A stretch of DNA of 21,831 bases from Chiloscyllium plagiosum (taxonomy: Eukaryota), in contig NC_057749.1 of NCBI RefSeq assembly GCF_004010195.1, positions 9,746,196 through 9,768,026 on the forward strand, read 5' to 3'. This document shows positions 21,436 through 21,831 of this stretch, piece after piece (position 1 is the stretch's first letter; each line of letters opens with the position of its first letter). The translations under genes were made by a program, and so were the position numbers. Below the pieces are notes generated by a model. That model searched no databases, was not told where the DNA came from, and saw nothing but the letters and a program-made list of their open reading frames with translations.

Positions 21436-21647
21436 GTGTCAACAATCACGTTTTCTCGTCCTGCTACATGTACCATTTTCAAATTGAATGGCTCTAACAG
21501 GAAGCTCCATTTAAACAGTCTGGAATGTTTGTCCTTAAATCGTGTCAACAATCACGTTTTCTCGTCCTGCTACATGTACCATTTTCAAATTGAATGGCTC
21601 TAACAGGAAGCTCCATTTAAACAGTCTGGAATGTTTGTCCTTAAATC
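21436..21647. repeat. Perfect tandem duplication, 2 x 106 bp
   Basis: 21436-21541 and 21542-21647 are identical (GTGTCAACAATCACG...TCCTTAAATC). Confidence 0.97.
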
Positions 21648-21650
21648 TTT

Positions 21651-21758
21651 ATTGCTGGAACAGCACAGCAGGTCAGGCAGCATCCAGGGAACAGGAGATT
21701 CGACGTTTCGGGCACAGGCCCTTCTTCAGGAATTCCTGAAGAAGGGCCTGTGCCCGAA
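21651..21758 (-). mobile_element. Penelope-like element terminal repeat fragment with an inverted duplication
   Basis: It is homologous to 12655-12685. It contains a perfect 52-bp palindrome (21707-21758) and a hammerhead core. Confidence 0.7.
21692..21738 (-). ncRNA. Minimal type I hammerhead ribozyme
   Basis: The minus strand reads CAGGAATTC-CTGAAGA-A-GGGC-CTGT-GCCC-GAAAC-GTC-GAATCTCCTG. It has the CUGANGA and GAAA cores, stem II GGGC/GCCC, a GUC cleavage triplet, and stem I CAGGAATTC/GAAT(C)TCCTG. Confidence 0.7.
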
Positions 21759-21831
21759 GCCTATCACTGATAAGCCCATTCTTTTCCAAATATAAGTAGA
21801 TTTTATCCCTCAGTACCTTCTCCAGCAACTT

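Noticed and set aside
21436..21647. CRISPR-like array or coding repeat
   Set aside because: It is two abutting identical units with no spacers, in a eukaryotic context with no cas genes.

Overview
This is eukaryotic, repeat-rich genomic DNA, most likely from a cartilaginous fish (shark), judging by the HE1/V-SINE, CR1 and Penelope-type repeats. No prokaryotic genes or CRISPR array are evident. The dominant feature is a near-full-length but inactivated Tx1-clade non-LTR retrotransposon on the + strand (about 15436-20803). It has ORF1 with three CCHC knuckles, ORF2 with an APE endonuclease, reverse transcriptase and C-terminal zinc finger, and an A-rich tail. Its 5' end is a 42-nt piece of U2 snRNA (nt 14-55), which points to a Keno-type U2-targeting element. 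However, neither flank continues into a U2 gene, so this copy appears to have carried a U2 head to an off-target site. It also holds a diverged second copy of 247 bp of ORF1. The first 15 kb is AT-rich intron-like or intergenic DNA containing CR1 and L2 LINE fragments, several tRNA-derived SINEs (one nested antisense inside an older copy of the same family), a TA-flanked MITE, a heavily decayed Gypsy integrase tail, and two candidate minus-strand exons of an unidentified gene. The right end has a G-rich tract, a perfect 106-bp tandem duplication, and a Penelope-type repeat with a perfect 52-bp palindrome overlapping an apparently intact minimal hammerhead ribozyme. Repeat family names come from my recall of consensus sequences and motifs, not from database searches.
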